From the IMG/VR virus record IMGVR_UViG_3300022602_000089: 64,000 bases of DNA; one strand, given 5' to 3'. The stretch comes from an uncultured virus (IMG/VR IMGVR_UViG_3300022602_000089) (Duplodnaviria; Heunggongvirae; Uroviricota; Caudoviricetes). Positions 39,194-49,331 of this stretch are shown piece by piece. The notes beneath the pieces are model-generated. The model did not search any database, was not told where the DNA came from, and was given only the letters and a program-made list of their open reading frames with translations. The stretch's first letter is position 1; each line of letters opens with the position of its first letter. Both the position numbers and the translations under genes were made by a program.

Positions 39194-42038
39194 CTAGAGT
39201 ATTCTTAAACAGATAAACATAACCTGCTTTGTTAGTAGTAGTCGGTTTCCATCCAGTTTCCAAATGCTTTTTAACAGCCTTCTCAGTTATCATTTCACCA
39301 GACTCAAACATTGCTTTTTCAAATTCTCGTGGTGAGATTTTCTTTTTAGTGAGATATTCCTTAAGCGCTTCTTTAGACACACGAGTTGGCTCATCAGTTG
39401 CTACCCTTGCCACTAACTTACCACGAGGCTCATCAGTTACCTTACTATCCCTAATGCGTAAGATGTTACCCATGTTCTCATTCATAAAGTCATTTAAAAT
39501 CGCTGAGTAGTCTGTGTTATTAAGTTTAGATACATTGAGCTTAATATGGTTTAACTCTTTGATTACTCTTTTGTAAATACGTTCTAAATCATAATTAATA
39601 ATACCAGCATCAATCGCAAGCTCTCCAGCGGTAAACACAGCAGCTACAAAGTTTTGATGGAAACGATATGCTGAGTCGCCACCTGTATCACTTAAGTATC
39701 TATTAACCCAATGACCAATACGCATCTGAATATGTGCGTCACCTACTGCATAAACCTTCTCAATAAATATTGGTCCTGCATGACCGTAGTTATAATTAAA
39801 CGCATCGAATATATCTACGCCTAGCTTTGCGCCTTCTGCCCCTTTTAAATCATCTGGATGATCCATCAAGAACTCAATTAAACGCGCGGCTTCTCCGTCT
39901 GGGCTCCCCTTAAGAATCTCAAACTTATTGTAAACAGATTCGTTTGTAGTTAATACAGCTATCAATGCCGCCATCATCTCTGTAACCCGCTCAGCGTTAA
40001 CTGATGCTTGCATACGAATCTTAGCTTTACCATTTGAGACGTTATGAACTAGTTGAGATAATGGCTTAGGGTCTTTGTTACCTACCTCATCTACCCCAAA
40101 CATTAGATTCTTTAATGCCAGCATACGACCAGTCAAACCATTGTCTGTACTTTCAAAAACGCTAAGTGCTTTGGGATCGCCAAAAGTACTAATCCCTGCA
40201 TTCATCGCACCTGTCTTAGCGCTACCTGACCGGCCAAGTAAAGATATAACAACGCCTGGCGTAGACGTGTAACTCATAAGTGTTGTGCCAAAACCTGCAA
40301 GGCAAGTCATGGCATGTAATTCAAACCCTAAACGGTTTAGCTGATTAGCTGATTGTTGCCAGCGCTCGTATGTGCCAACCTTTTTAAAATGTTTAGCTAT
40401 GCCTCTAATGTATGGTGAAATAGCGGCTTCAATCGTTTCGCCCTTAGAATTAACTTCTGTCTCACCTACAACAAACCCACGCTTATCCCATCTGTCTGAA
40501 GTTCTTTCTTCTGTCCAACCTAACTGCATACGCATCTCATGCGCTTTTCCTACATTAATCATATATTGACTCCATTTCACAAGGTATTCTTGTATGTTTA
40601 AAATATATTTCGGTGTGTAAATCACTTGATGGAACGCTAATACTTTCTTTAATTCCATTTCAATAAATACTGACTTCATCGGTAATAAAAACTCTTTTAA
40701 CCCATCATTCGGCAATACTAAGTGCATCGTCATACATTCACCATCCAGTTGACTAAATAATCTACGGGTCGGATATAAGACGTGGGCAAGAATTTCTACG
40801 GGGTCTTTATGTTTTATGTTACCTTTCTTATCTACGTCTGGGGGTGGTTGGTAATAAACTCCGCCGTTCTCACCACGAAAAAATGGTTTTAAGTATTTTG
40901 GGAAGACCGGAATAGTTTTGGTACTCTGTGTCTCCCGTACTGATTCCGTCTGATTACTTTCTTGGCTGTTAGGTATTGGGGTTTCTTCTGTGGCTTCTCT
41001 AATGGTTCTACCGAGAACGATGGGGGTGTTAATTTTTCCTCGATACTTACATCCCGTGCAATGCTCTGGGAAGTTTTCTCCAAACCATTCGCAAGTCCTC
41101 GGCCCACCAAAAGAGCGGGCAGTTTTTTCTGTTTCATCATAATCATATTTATCATACTCGTTGGACATATCATGGATAGCAGTTGCGCCATCTACACAAT
41201 GAATTGCTATTGTTAAACCCCCAGCCCATTGATCTCTAGGGGCGTTCTGCTGGTCTTCTAGTAATACTTTAATCTGTTGGCATCCATCACCTTCCAATGA
41301 ACGTATAGCAATCTTCTCGAAACTCCAATCCACGTTATCCAACTTCTTCATGGCTAACGTATCTTCATCTAACCCCTTCTTAACATTAGCCAGCACATTA
41401 TTTTCTGATGTGGTTATAGCCGGGCCCGCTACGTCTTGCGTCGCTAGAAAATCTTTAAACTCATCTAGGTCATAAACGTGTATAGTGTCGCTTGTCACCG
41501 CCGCCATGCGTGGTGGGTCGTATCTATAATTTAAAGTATCGGGGCAACGCATCAATCGTGCGGCATCCGAAGTAACCGCTGGATCGATTAGGATGTGTTT
41601 TTGGCATAGGCTTTTAAACTTCTCAGCCAAAGGTTTCCATTCATCGTAGGGTATATCCCTATCCATGATCCAATAAGCGTGAATACCACCACCGGAGTCT
41701 ATATAAACTGGCTCAGGTAAACCCGTGGCTTCTAGTAAATCATGTAATGCTTGAAAAGTTTCTTCTTTAGTACCGTAAGACTTTTTACCGTGTGTATCTA
41801 TGTCTAGGAAAAATGTCCGAACAAACAAACAATTATCAGCCTTCCTACTCCATCCTTCGTATGATGCTGGCGTAACATATATGTTATCTTTTCTACTTTT
41901 AAGTGATTCAATATTCTTGTATACATCGTCAAGCGTTTCAGCAAATCGGCTCGTTACTTTACCTGTTGTTGGGTCAATGCCGCAAATGCAATAAACTCCT
42001 TGTGATGGCAATGCTTTCTCATAAAATTGTTTTAACAT
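39168..42038 (-). CDS. Primase-helicase fusion (primase-type N-terminus, Cys cluster, DUF927-type ATPase)
   Basis: LDID, SGGGIHAYW and RLMRCP.T.N; TC...C..C; G.SGSAKT and VDE Walker motifs. Confidence 0.85.
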   Translation of the reverse strand: MLKQFYEKALPSQGVYCICGIDPTTGKVTSRFAETLDDVYKNIESLKSRKDNIYVTPASYEGWSRKADNCLFVRTFFLDIDTHGKKSYGTKEETFQALHDLLEATGLPEPVYIDSGGGIHAYWIMDRDIPYDEWKPLAEKFKSLCQKHILIDPAVTSDAARLMRCPDTLNYRYDPPRMAAVTSDTIHVYDLDEFKDFLATQDVAGPAITTSENNVLANVKKGLDEDTLAMKKLDNVDWSFEKIAIRSLEGDGCQQIKVLLEDQQNAPRDQWAGGLTIAIHCVDGATAIHDMSNEYDKYDYDETEKTARSFGGPRTCEWFGENFPEHCTGCKYRGKINTPIVLGRTIREATEETPIPNSQESNQTESVRETQSTKTIPVFPKYLKPFFRGENGGVYYQPPPDVDKKGNIKHKDPVEILAHVLYPTRRLFSQLDGECMTMHLVLPNDGLKEFLLPMKSVFIEMELKKVLAFHQVIYTPKYILNIQEYLVKWSQYMINVGKAHEMRMQLGWTEERTSDRWDKRGFVVGETEVNSKGETIEAAISPYIRGIAKHFKKVGTYERWQQSANQLNRLGFELHAMTCLAGFGTTLMSYTSTPGVVISLLGRSGSAKTGAMNAGISTFGDPKALSVFESTDNGLTGRMLALKNLMFGVDEVGNKDPKPLSQLVHNVSNGKAKIRMQASVNAERVTEMMAALIAVLTTNESVYNKFEILKGSPDGEAARLIEFLMDHPDDLKGAEGAKLGVDIFDAFNYNYGHAGPIFIEKVYAVGDAHIQMRIGHWVNRYLSDTGGDSAYRFHQNFVAAVFTAGELAIDAGIINYDLERIYKRVIKELNHIKLNVSKLNNTDYSAILNDFMNENMGNILRIRDSKVTDEPRGKLVARVATDEPTRVSKEALKEYLTKKKISPREFEKAMFESGEMITEKAVKKHLETGWKPTTTNKAGYVYLFKNTLDVTTESDN

Positions 42039-42051
42039 ATGCGCAGAGTCT

Positions 42052-42074
42052 AAAAAACCGAGTTGCCTCGGTTT
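42052..42074 (-). terminator. Terminator-like hairpin just upstream of the primase gene
   Basis: Minus strand AAACCGAG-GCAA-CTCGGTTTTTT. Confidence 0.65.
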
Positions 42075-42103
42075 GGTTATTGGGTGGGGTATGACCCCGT
42101 TAT

Positions 42104-42373
42104 TTAAATACGATCACTTATATAAGGCGTAACATAACTAGCGTAAACTACTTGATGTTTTGCATTAATACTATCTTTGGGCTTATGAAAAAAGGCTCTT
42201 GTATGTAGATCGTTTTCAGTTAAAAAATCGTAAGGGTTCTCCTCTTTTATTTGTGCTATAACATCATTTAACAACGGGTTATCTGTGCCAAACAACGGGT
42301 TATCTCTACCATCAACGTATCTTGGTCTTGCTGCGGCTTTTAACTTCTTAATTTGTCTTTCCGTTAACATCAA
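42104..42373 (-). CDS. Hypothetical protein
   Basis: SD AGGAG; 89-aa ORF. Confidence 0.65.
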   Translation of the reverse strand: MMLTERQIKKLKAAARPRYVDGRDNPLFGTDNPLLNDVIAQIKEENPYDFLTENDLHTRAFFHKPKDSINAKHQVVYASYVTPYISDRI

Positions 42374-42383
42374 TCTCTCCTAA

Positions 42384-42698
42384 TTAAATTCGTCTTCCGA
42401 CCATATCCTCTATATACTTCCTTGCATGAGCAGTGCTTTTAGCGGGTAATACTCCGTTATCTAAATCTTCCTCAACCAATGCAGTAAATACAGCTACCAT
42501 TCGGCGTTTCTTGTCACGGATAGGGTTGCCACGAAACCAGCTATGAATCGTCATACGAGTAACATCTAACGCATTAGCAACGTATAGCGCCGGGATGTTT
42601 GCCCTTATACACGCTTTTGCTAATTGAATACCTGTCGTGTCAAAAGGCTTCAGCGTTCCTAACGTCTTAATAAATTCTTTACTGTATGTCCGTGGCAT
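42384..42698 (-). CDS. HTH DNA-binding protein
   Basis: YVANALDVTRMTIHSWFRG helix-turn-helix pattern. Confidence 0.75.
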   Translation of the reverse strand: MPRTYSKEFIKTLGTLKPFDTTGIQLAKACIRANIPALYVANALDVTRMTIHSWFRGNPIRDKKRRMVAVFTALVEEDLDNGVLPAKSTAHARKYIEDMVGRRI

Positions 42699-42706
42699 TT
42701 CTATCC

Positions 42707-43561
42707 TTATTTCTTAGACCATTTTTTAACGATATCTGATACGTCAGATGCCTTTTCACCAACGGGAGTTTTTGACTCACGCTTAACTGGCTCTGCTACT
42801 TCATCGACTGTCTCAGGTTGTGCTACTTCATTATCACCACCACTATCAACTTGATACACGTTTAACTTAACTGCCTTCTCAGCTTCAGCACTTTTAGCTT
42901 GACGTTGAACAATCTCTAAATCTGCATCAGGTACAGCACCGACTGGTGAAAACAATACCTTTGGCGTTGGCGCTTTTGTATCAAATGCCATCCTAGTAAT
43001 CACACGTCCTGCTGAAACATTATGTGATGCCAAGTGCTGAATGTACGGTCTAAAAGGCCATCTTCCATTATCTTCTTTACCGAAAGCAGAGGTTGCTGGC
43101 AATACTAACTGCATAACATCACCTGCTGGGTCGTTCGGTAAAACGACGGCAGTACGCCATGACAGTCTGCACTTTGCGCCTTGTCCATTATCACTAGAAC
43201 CTTTGGCACTATTTGGGCAACTAATACAAGTTGTTGCGATAGGTGTTTTTACTTCTGCGTCTGGTGTTTCAGAGTCGGTTGACCAGCAAGCAGGGCTTAC
43301 TTTTTCGCCTTCTTTGTATGCGCCTTCGTAATACATACGAGATGCTTTATGTGCCATCTTAACAATAATGACATTCATAAATCGATCTTCAATAGCGCCA
43401 ATCTCTTTACCACCAGCGTACTTGCGGAATACTCCACCTTTAATAGAAATACGTTTATTACCGTCACGCTTACCACCAGCAACGGCTAATGTATCTTCGT
43501 CTAATTCACCTGCTACGGACAACGCACCAAGTGCGCTTAAATCTAATAATTCTGTTGACAT
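42707..43561 (-). CDS. Putative ssDNA-binding/recombination protein with Cys cluster
   Basis: RISIKG..F, P.CWS.D, C..CP and C motifs; acidic tail; in the replication module. Confidence 0.5.
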   Translation of the reverse strand: MSTELLDLSALGALSVAGELDEDTLAVAGGKRDGNKRISIKGGVFRKYAGGKEIGAIEDRFMNVIIVKMAHKASRMYYEGAYKEGEKVSPACWSTDSETPDAEVKTPIATTCISCPNSAKGSSDNGQGAKCRLSWRTAVVLPNDPAGDVMQLVLPATSAFGKEDNGRWPFRPYIQHLASHNVSAGRVITRMAFDTKAPTPKVLFSPVGAVPDADLEIVQRQAKSAEAEKAVKLNVYQVDSGGDNEVAQPETVDEVAEPVKRESKTPVGEKASDVSDIVKKWSKK

Positions 43562-43589
43562 TTTTACTACTCCTTTTAACTTGATTAAA

Positions 43590-43982
43590 CTAATTTGAGG
43601 TTGGTTTACGAACTACGATTGTAAACTCTCTCATAACACTTACCCCTGGCGGTAAACCTTCATCTGTCCGCTCAGAAATAAATTCTTTAAAATTGCCCTG
43701 ATGAATACGCGCCTCATACAACTCGATGGCATCATGCTCACGGACAAACGCATCAAACCCACTTCTATCCGACAATGTAAATCTTTCATTCAACTTCTTA
43801 ATTACAGTACCTTGAACCGTTTTAATGCTTGATGCGTTTGCTTCGTTGCATATAGATAACATCTTTTGGGCAACTGCATCTAAATCATTCTTTAGTTCTT
43901 TGTCTTGTAACTCTAGTTTTTCACGTTCACTTCTTATTGTCAAGTAAATTTTTACTAATTCATCTAAATTATTTTCACTCAT
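43590..43982 (-). CDS. Replication-module hypothetical protein
   Basis: Coiled N-terminus, SIKT..GT, LPPGV. Confidence 0.7.
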   Translation of the reverse strand: MSENNLDELVKIYLTIRSEREKLELQDKELKNDLDAVAQKMLSICNEANASSIKTVQGTVIKKLNERFTLSDRSGFDAFVREHDAIELYEARIHQGNFKEFISERTDEGLPPGVSVMREFTIVVRKPTSN

Positions 43983-45543
43983 TTTCTATCCCTAACTCCT
44001 GTTTATATAAATCGACTAATTTTTCGTGGCTACTAACTTTGCCTTGTAGCATTGAGTACATTTTTCTTTCGACTTCAGAACCCTGCAAATGAACTACTGT
44101 CATATTATTGACCTGACCTACACGATCAATACGAGCAATACATTGTAAATATGTCTCAACGCTCATAACGGGAGACCAAAAAACGACTGTATTGGCGGCA
44201 GTTAAAGTAACACCATGCGATGCGGCTTGTGGCTGAATAACTAGTACTCTTGGTAACTCTGCTGTTTGGAAACGGTTAATAATATTAGACCGTTCTGTTG
44301 CACTTACACTTCCTTGAATAATTTCATTGCTGATTCCCTCCTTTGTTAAATGTTTAGAAACTAAATCGATGGTATGACTATAAGGGACAAATATAATTAC
44401 TTTATGCTCTGTCTCGTCAAGCACTTCCATCAAGGCACTTAGTCGTGGCGATACATCGAACTCCACGATATCACGGGTATCTGTGTAGACTGCCCCACCC
44501 GAAATCTGTAATAACTTTGTTAACTTGGCTGCGGCGTTAACGGCGCTGATCTTTTCACCTGCCGCCTCAACTAACATCTGCCCTTTAATTGCTCTGTAGT
44601 ACTTTAATACCTGCGTTGTAAGTGGTACTTCACGAGTCTGATACATGACAGGTGGTAAATCTAAACACTGCGCTTTCTCAAACCTTATAGCTGGTTGGAG
44701 AGCATTATAAACATCTTGCTGTGCGGTAGGTTTAGGTACATATTTAAACCGTGTAATCTGATACATCACCTTATCCTTCCATGCCGTAACGTATTTAGGC
44801 ACGTTAGCGGGCGAGACAAGTTTCGCTAGACCGTAAGCATCGACTGGGGATTGAGATGCTGGCGTACCTGTTAGCATCCATAGTCTTGTGTTGGGGGTAA
44901 TTAATTTCGCCAACGTCTTCCAGCGCTTTGTCGTAGGGGTTTTATAAGCATTGGCTTCATCGATGACAACTAAATCAAACCCTGCTTTATCTATATCTTC
45001 ACGGACAATATTCACTCCATCATAGTTAATGATGACAAACTCATAAATGCCATTAATAATTTTCTTGCGTTTGTTCGCATCTCCGTACGCCACAGCAACG
45101 GTGCGGTGCATAGCGGTTTTAAATATATCGGCTTGCCATGCTGAATACATAATTGATAAAGGACAAATTACTAATACCCGTTTTACCAAGCCCTGCGTCA
45201 TTAAATAATCTATCGCCCATATCACTGAAGATGTTTTACCTGTACCCGCTTCGTTAAAACAAAACGCGCGTTGATGTAAAGAAAGGAAAGATGCTGTAAT
45301 TTTTTGATGAGAGAATGGCGTGTACATACCAGGCCATGAATAATCTTTTTCTATCGGTGAAGGAACTTTTCCATCAAGTATTTTGGTTAGGTGTTGCATC
45401 TCCTCGATGCCCCAATAGACTAACACTTCAGCGTGGTCGCCGTTATCAGTTAATACTTCACTTTTATCTAAGTGGTCTGTAATTAATTTAACTTTACTTG
45501 ACTGAACGATAACTTTTACTGCTTCGTTTTGTACTATTTCCAC
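43975..45543 (-). CDS. SNF2-family (SF2) helicase
   Basis: GTGKT, VIDEA, LTGTP, HGVTLT and Q..ARI.R.GQ motifs. Confidence 0.9.
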   Translation of the reverse strand: MEIVQNEAVKVIVQSSKVKLITDHLDKSEVLTDNGDHAEVLVYWGIEEMQHLTKILDGKVPSPIEKDYSWPGMYTPFSHQKITASFLSLHQRAFCFNEAGTGKTSSVIWAIDYLMTQGLVKRVLVICPLSIMYSAWQADIFKTAMHRTVAVAYGDANKRKKIINGIYEFVIINYDGVNIVREDIDKAGFDLVVIDEANAYKTPTTKRWKTLAKLITPNTRLWMLTGTPASQSPVDAYGLAKLVSPANVPKYVTAWKDKVMYQITRFKYVPKPTAQQDVYNALQPAIRFEKAQCLDLPPVMYQTREVPLTTQVLKYYRAIKGQMLVEAAGEKISAVNAAAKLTKLLQISGGAVYTDTRDIVEFDVSPRLSALMEVLDETEHKVIIFVPYSHTIDLVSKHLTKEGISNEIIQGSVSATERSNIINRFQTAELPRVLVIQPQAASHGVTLTAANTVVFWSPVMSVETYLQCIARIDRVGQVNNMTVVHLQGSEVERKMYSMLQGKVSSHEKLVDLYKQELGIENE

Positions 45544-45566
45544 AAATATCCTTTAACTAAATTAAC

Positions 45567-45700
45567 AACCCCTTACGGGGGTTAATCGGTTGAACCGAGT
45601 GCAAGGAAAAGTGCCAGCAGGATTAAAGCTAGTCTTAGGGTACACTGTCCAACTGACATGGTTATTTAGAGTCCGCCCACTCATGCCTTACGACGGTTAT
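45567..45700 (-). ncRNA. Candidate structured RNA (pseudoknot plus two hairpins) upstream of the SNF2 gene
   Basis: CCGTC/GGCGG stem whose loop GGCATG pairs with downstream CATGTC; GTTGGAC-AGTGTA/TGCACT-GTTCAAC hairpin; AACCCC/GGGGTT hairpin. Confidence 0.45.
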
Positions 45701-45707
45701 ACCAGCC

Positions 45708-46055
45708 TTACTTTTTCATCTTTATAATCTTGCTCAGTTTCTTCTCTCCGCCTTTTTCTTTCTTAGCGTGTTCAGAAACTAAGTTACCTTTTGAATCTCT
45801 TTTAAATGATCTATTGCCGTGTGCTGATTGAATAAATACACCTGCTTTATTTGAGCCGCCTTTATCTAATGCTTTAACGTGCGCTACGTCTTTGCCTTCA
45901 CGAATATCAGCTTTACCGTTTTTGTTTTTATCTGCAAACTTTTTATCGATCTCACGTCTAGCACGTTGACGTTCTGCACGGCGTGGTTCTTCACCTCTAG
46001 CTTTTTCCTGTTGGTATTCTTTTGCGTATGGTCGGGGTTTATTAACGTATGGCAT
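45708..46055 (-). CDS. Small basic HNH-like protein
   Basis: GKDVAH...L.KGGSN...NRS. Confidence 0.6.
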   Translation of the reverse strand: MPYVNKPRPYAKEYQQEKARGEEPRRAERQRARREIDKKFADKNKNGKADIREGKDVAHVKALDKGGSNKAGVFIQSAHGNRSFKRDSKGNLVSEHAKKEKGGEKKLSKIIKMKK

Positions 46056-46708
46056 TATCTCTCCTTATGAAATTCGCAAGACTTGACTGGACACCAGCCA
46101 CATAACCCAGTAGGGTTTGCTTGCCAAACATCATTTTCGTATGAAAGTGTTAATCTTTCAAGGTGGGGATCAAAAGTTTCCCACAGTTTATCAATATCCT
46201 CACGCCTGTAAACTTCTGTAACAAAAGCATTATTAACAATAAACAACAGCCCAGCTTTGATATTATCTACTTCGGGGAAATGAGCGAACGTCATAAGCGC
46301 CATTAGGGTTAACTGCTTCACGTCAGGGTACTTTGAACTACCCGTTTTGTAGTCGACAATAAATGCTTCTTTACCATCCACGATTAGCAAGTCTACAATC
46401 CCTCGTACCCAATAACCTTTACCGTACGCACATGGTTCTTTCGCTGATGAGAGTGCCATCTGATGCTCAGGGTACTTGACCCCAGGAATAGCCCGTAGAA
46501 TATCGAGCGTATCTTGAAACCTCTCATAGTTTTTTGCAAGAGGTATATCTCTACCGACATAATCTTCGCAAGCCTTATGCACTTCCGTTCCATAGCGCAT
46601 TTGCTCCGTCGGAAACTTGACGTGACGCTTAAGAACCTTAACTTCCTGATACTGCTTAGGACAGTTAATGTAGTCTTTGAGAGAGGAGAATGACCATGTA
46701 AAGTTCAT
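46055..46708 (-). CDS. PD-(D/E)XK exonuclease (Cas4/RecB-like)
   Basis: SFSSL..Y..CP, G.EVH, RGIVDL, DYKTG and C.WCP...C motifs. Confidence 0.9.
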   Translation of the reverse strand: MNFTWSFSSLKDYINCPKQYQEVKVLKRHVKFPTEQMRYGTEVHKACEDYVGRDIPLAKNYERFQDTLDILRAIPGVKYPEHQMALSSAKEPCAYGKGYWVRGIVDLLIVDGKEAFIVDYKTGSSKYPDVKQLTLMALMTFAHFPEVDNIKAGLLFIVNNAFVTEVYRREDIDKLWETFDPHLERLTLSYENDVWQANPTGLCGWCPVKSCEFHKER

Positions 46709-46714
46709 CTATAC

Positions 46715-46742
46715 ATATTACACTAAAATAAATCTTTTACAA
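46715..46742 (-). promoter_or_regulatory. Possible promoter giving a leaderless nuclease mRNA
   Basis: TTGTAA-16 nt-TAATAT, then 6 nt to the ATG; no SD. Confidence 0.4.
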
Positions 46743-47174
46743 ATCTTTTTTGGTAATTTTTTTAATCCGTGCGGCTTTACGCAAGTCATGGCTATGAAGT
46801 TTTTTACCCACAGACTTAGGTACTTCACCAGCTTTCTCAGCAACTTTCGCCGCTTTTTTGCGGCTAACCACTTCACCGTTTGTCAACTCAAACTCATGCT
46901 TCGAACCTTTAGCTTTCTTGCCCTCTTTAGCAATCAATTCATCATGTGACCATGCCTTGCTAGGTGCTTTAACAATTTTGCCTGACTTCTCTTTAATTGC
47001 AGGGACTTTAACTTCTAGTTTCTTAACCATCTTCTTACCTTTCTTGATTAGTTTTTCATCAGTATATATCGGTATATCATATCCGTCACGCTTGCGCCTA
47101 CTGAACCAAAAGAACTTCATCTTCTTAGTATGCAGTCCGCCCCACGATATCCAACCTATGCGTTTATATTTCAT
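46737..47174 (-). CDS. Lys-rich hypothetical protein (start uncertain, may begin at MVKK)
   Basis: F...NG.VVSR..A...A and L.S.DL motifs. Confidence 0.55.
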   Translation of the reverse strand: MKYKRIGWISWGGLHTKKMKFFWFSRRKRDGYDIPIYTDEKLIKKGKKMVKKLEVKVPAIKEKSGKIVKAPSKAWSHDELIAKEGKKAKGSKHEFELTNGEVVSRKKAAKVAEKAGEVPKSVGKKLHSHDLRKAARIKKITKKDL

Positions 47175-47175
47175 A

Positions 47176-47460
47176 TCATTCTTTTAAAAATGGATTGTCC
47201 TGCTCCATAACTTCCATATGATGTTTTATTCTTTCTATCTCACCACCATATTCTGCATATTTACGTTCGATCATTCTTTGATGGACTAAACTCATGGCAT
47301 GACGCTCAACTCTAAGTTTAGAATACTCAATCTCGTTACGTTCTTCGGCGGTAACAGTAGAATCTGTAAACCCTCTATGTGCTATCAATAGGTGCTTTAA
47401 TCCTCGTTCTAATTCTTTAACTTGTTCTTCAAGTGTTTCTATCCTTTGTTCGGCTTCCAT
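47176..47460 (-). CDS. Hypothetical coiled-coil protein
   Basis: Overlaps the polA end; 94 aa. Confidence 0.6.
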   Translation of the reverse strand: MEAEQRIETLEEQVKELERGLKHLLIAHRGFTDSTVTAEERNEIEYSKLRVERHAMSLVHQRMIERKYAEYGGEIERIKHHMEVMEQDNPFLKE

Positions 47461-49331
47461 TCTTCCATTTCTCCATAGTTGTATCCATAGTGGGCTTCAC
47501 AAGCGACAGGTAGTCCATTAGCCCATTTAGGTGGTGTTGACATGATCTCGACGATCCATGCACAAGCCTCGTCTACGTCATCCTCGGGAACAATACACAC
47601 CGCCGCATCATGCACCGTAAGGACAGGGCGATATCTCTCGTTCAGTTTTAACATCTGCTCACCAACAATAATCCTAGCGAGTGCTTGCACTACGTTTTCT
47701 ACAATCGATCCGCCCCACAAACTTATTGGGCCCTTGCGTGATCTATATTGGTATCCGCTAGTAGTTTCATCAGTATTAAGCTTAAGTTCGGGGTAACGGA
47801 TATATAACCCGTTTGGTAGCTGTATACCATCGCTATACACTTTCACACATCTATTTTTGCCGTAGTAAAAAGGCTTAGTGTTTTTATCCCAATCAGCCAA
47901 AGTCTTCAGCATCCTATCGCCTTCACGCCATAGCTTCACAATCATGTCGTTAGTTTCTCTGTATAGACTAACTATTTCCACACACTTATCTTCTGTGAGG
48001 TCAGCCCCAGGGGGACTTGTCTTTAGCGTGTGCTGTAACTTTAATGCGCCAGTCCCATAACCTAATCCTAAAATGCAAGTTTTACCTACGAACCTTTCAA
48101 CAGGATTTTTCTTAGTGATGTGCTGGTCATATATTTTTGATGCAAACTCTGAGTAAACATCTTCGCCTTTGGCAAATGACTCAACCAAATCATCTTGCCC
48201 TGATAGCCATGCAAGCACCCTAGCTTCAATCTGTGATGAGTCGCAGTTAATAACAACATAACCTTCAGGCGCACATATTGCGTTCTTTAAAGTCTTTTTC
48301 TTTTTGTCACGGCTAGGTAAATTTTGAAAATTAACTTTGTCTGAACCCGCCCATCTACCTGTGTGCGTACCATAATACTTAAGCGGGATGGGTAGTTCAT
48401 GTCTATTCCTAGCACCAATATCTATGAACCTTTGAATCCTACTTTCTTCAATCGTTGACTTCGTTCCCAAACGCACCGCCGCCAGTTGTTGAACAAAAGG
48501 GTCTTCATGCTCTACTAACGCTATAAACCCTTCATCGTTTTTAGCCAGCGCATATGTGGGTTTACCCGTAGTTTTACTTATCTTCATCGGTGTTTCAACA
48601 TTAAACTCTTTGAGGATGCCAGCAAACTGTTTATTACTAGCCAAGCGTTTACGCACCGCTTCTTCATTATCGCAGTCTAGTTTTTCTTTGAGTGTGCCTA
48701 ATAACTGTAACTTCTCATGCTTAAGTTCTTCTAATCTTTCTTCCAATAAATCGTAGTTGGCTCTTAGGATAGGATGAATAAACATTCTTAGTGTCATATC
48801 GATCAGATTTAATTCTTCTTCAGGGAACGCACTAGACAATACTTGGAAAAGTTTAAAAGTTAACTCCACATCGTTTTTGCAATACTCGCCATATTGGGCT
48901 AACTCAGTAGGATTGAAACCAGTTATTTGCTTGCCTTTAGCATCAACTACCTCTGTGCCTTTCTTCCCTAAAGAATATCTTTCTGCAAGGTAAGCTAGTG
49001 ATCCGCCCACATCAACACCATTAGTAGCCCGACCCATACACAAAGTATCAAGGTACATCTTAGGAGTAATACCAAATTTCCATTTAAGGATTGCACCATC
49101 AAACATTGTGTTGTGGCAAAGTAATGCACTGTCATTCCACGGGAACGTGGAAAGGTAATTACGGACTTCGATGTGTGAACCAGAAAACCATTCAACAATA
49201 CCGTCATTAACTTTAACCGCAACTCCGATTACCTCAAAGCGTTTGTCCCTGATATATTCTTCAGTAGTGAGTTTTGTTAATGAGTAGTCTTTAGAATAAT
49301 AGGTCTCAAAGTCCAACGTAATTAGATTCAT
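47439..49331 (-). CDS. polA: Family A DNA polymerase with 3'-5' exonuclease
   Basis: Exonuclease LDFET, HN..FD and YC.ND; TGRW; motif A DSSQIEAR; motif B RFVGKTCILGLGYG; motif C VHD. Confidence 0.95.
   Translation of the reverse strand: MNLITLDFETYYSKDYSLTKLTTEEYIRDKRFEVIGVAVKVNDGIVEWFSGSHIEVRNYLSTFPWNDSALLCHNTMFDGAILKWKFGITPKMYLDTLCMGRATNGVDVGGSLAYLAERYSLGKKGTEVVDAKGKQITGFNPTELAQYGEYCKNDVELTFKLFQVLSSAFPEEELNLIDMTLRMFIHPILRANYDLLEERLEELKHEKLQLLGTLKEKLDCDNEEAVRKRLASNKQFAGILKEFNVETPMKISKTTGKPTYALAKNDEGFIALVEHEDPFVQQLAAVRLGTKSTIEESRIQRFIDIGARNRHELPIPLKYYGTHTGRWAGSDKVNFQNLPSRDKKKKTLKNAICAPEGYVVINCDSSQIEARVLAWLSGQDDLVESFAKGEDVYSEFASKIYDQHITKKNPVERFVGKTCILGLGYGTGALKLQHTLKTSPPGADLTEDKCVEIVSLYRETNDMIVKLWREGDRMLKTLADWDKNTKPFYYGKNRCVKVYSDGIQLPNGLYIRYPELKLNTDETTSGYQYRSRKGPISLWGGSIVENVVQALARIIVGEQMLKLNERYRPVLTVHDAAVCIVPEDDVDEACAWIVEIMSTPPKWANGLPVACEAHYGYNYGEMEEWKPNKG

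Noticed and set aside
45708..46055. Mobile homing endonuclease or intron
   Set aside because: Neighbouring genes are uninterrupted, and the protein is short with only a minimal HNH-like motif
46055..46708. cas4 as part of a CRISPR system
   Set aside because: Stand-alone PD-(D/E)XK nucleases are common in phage replication modules; no cas1/cas2 or array
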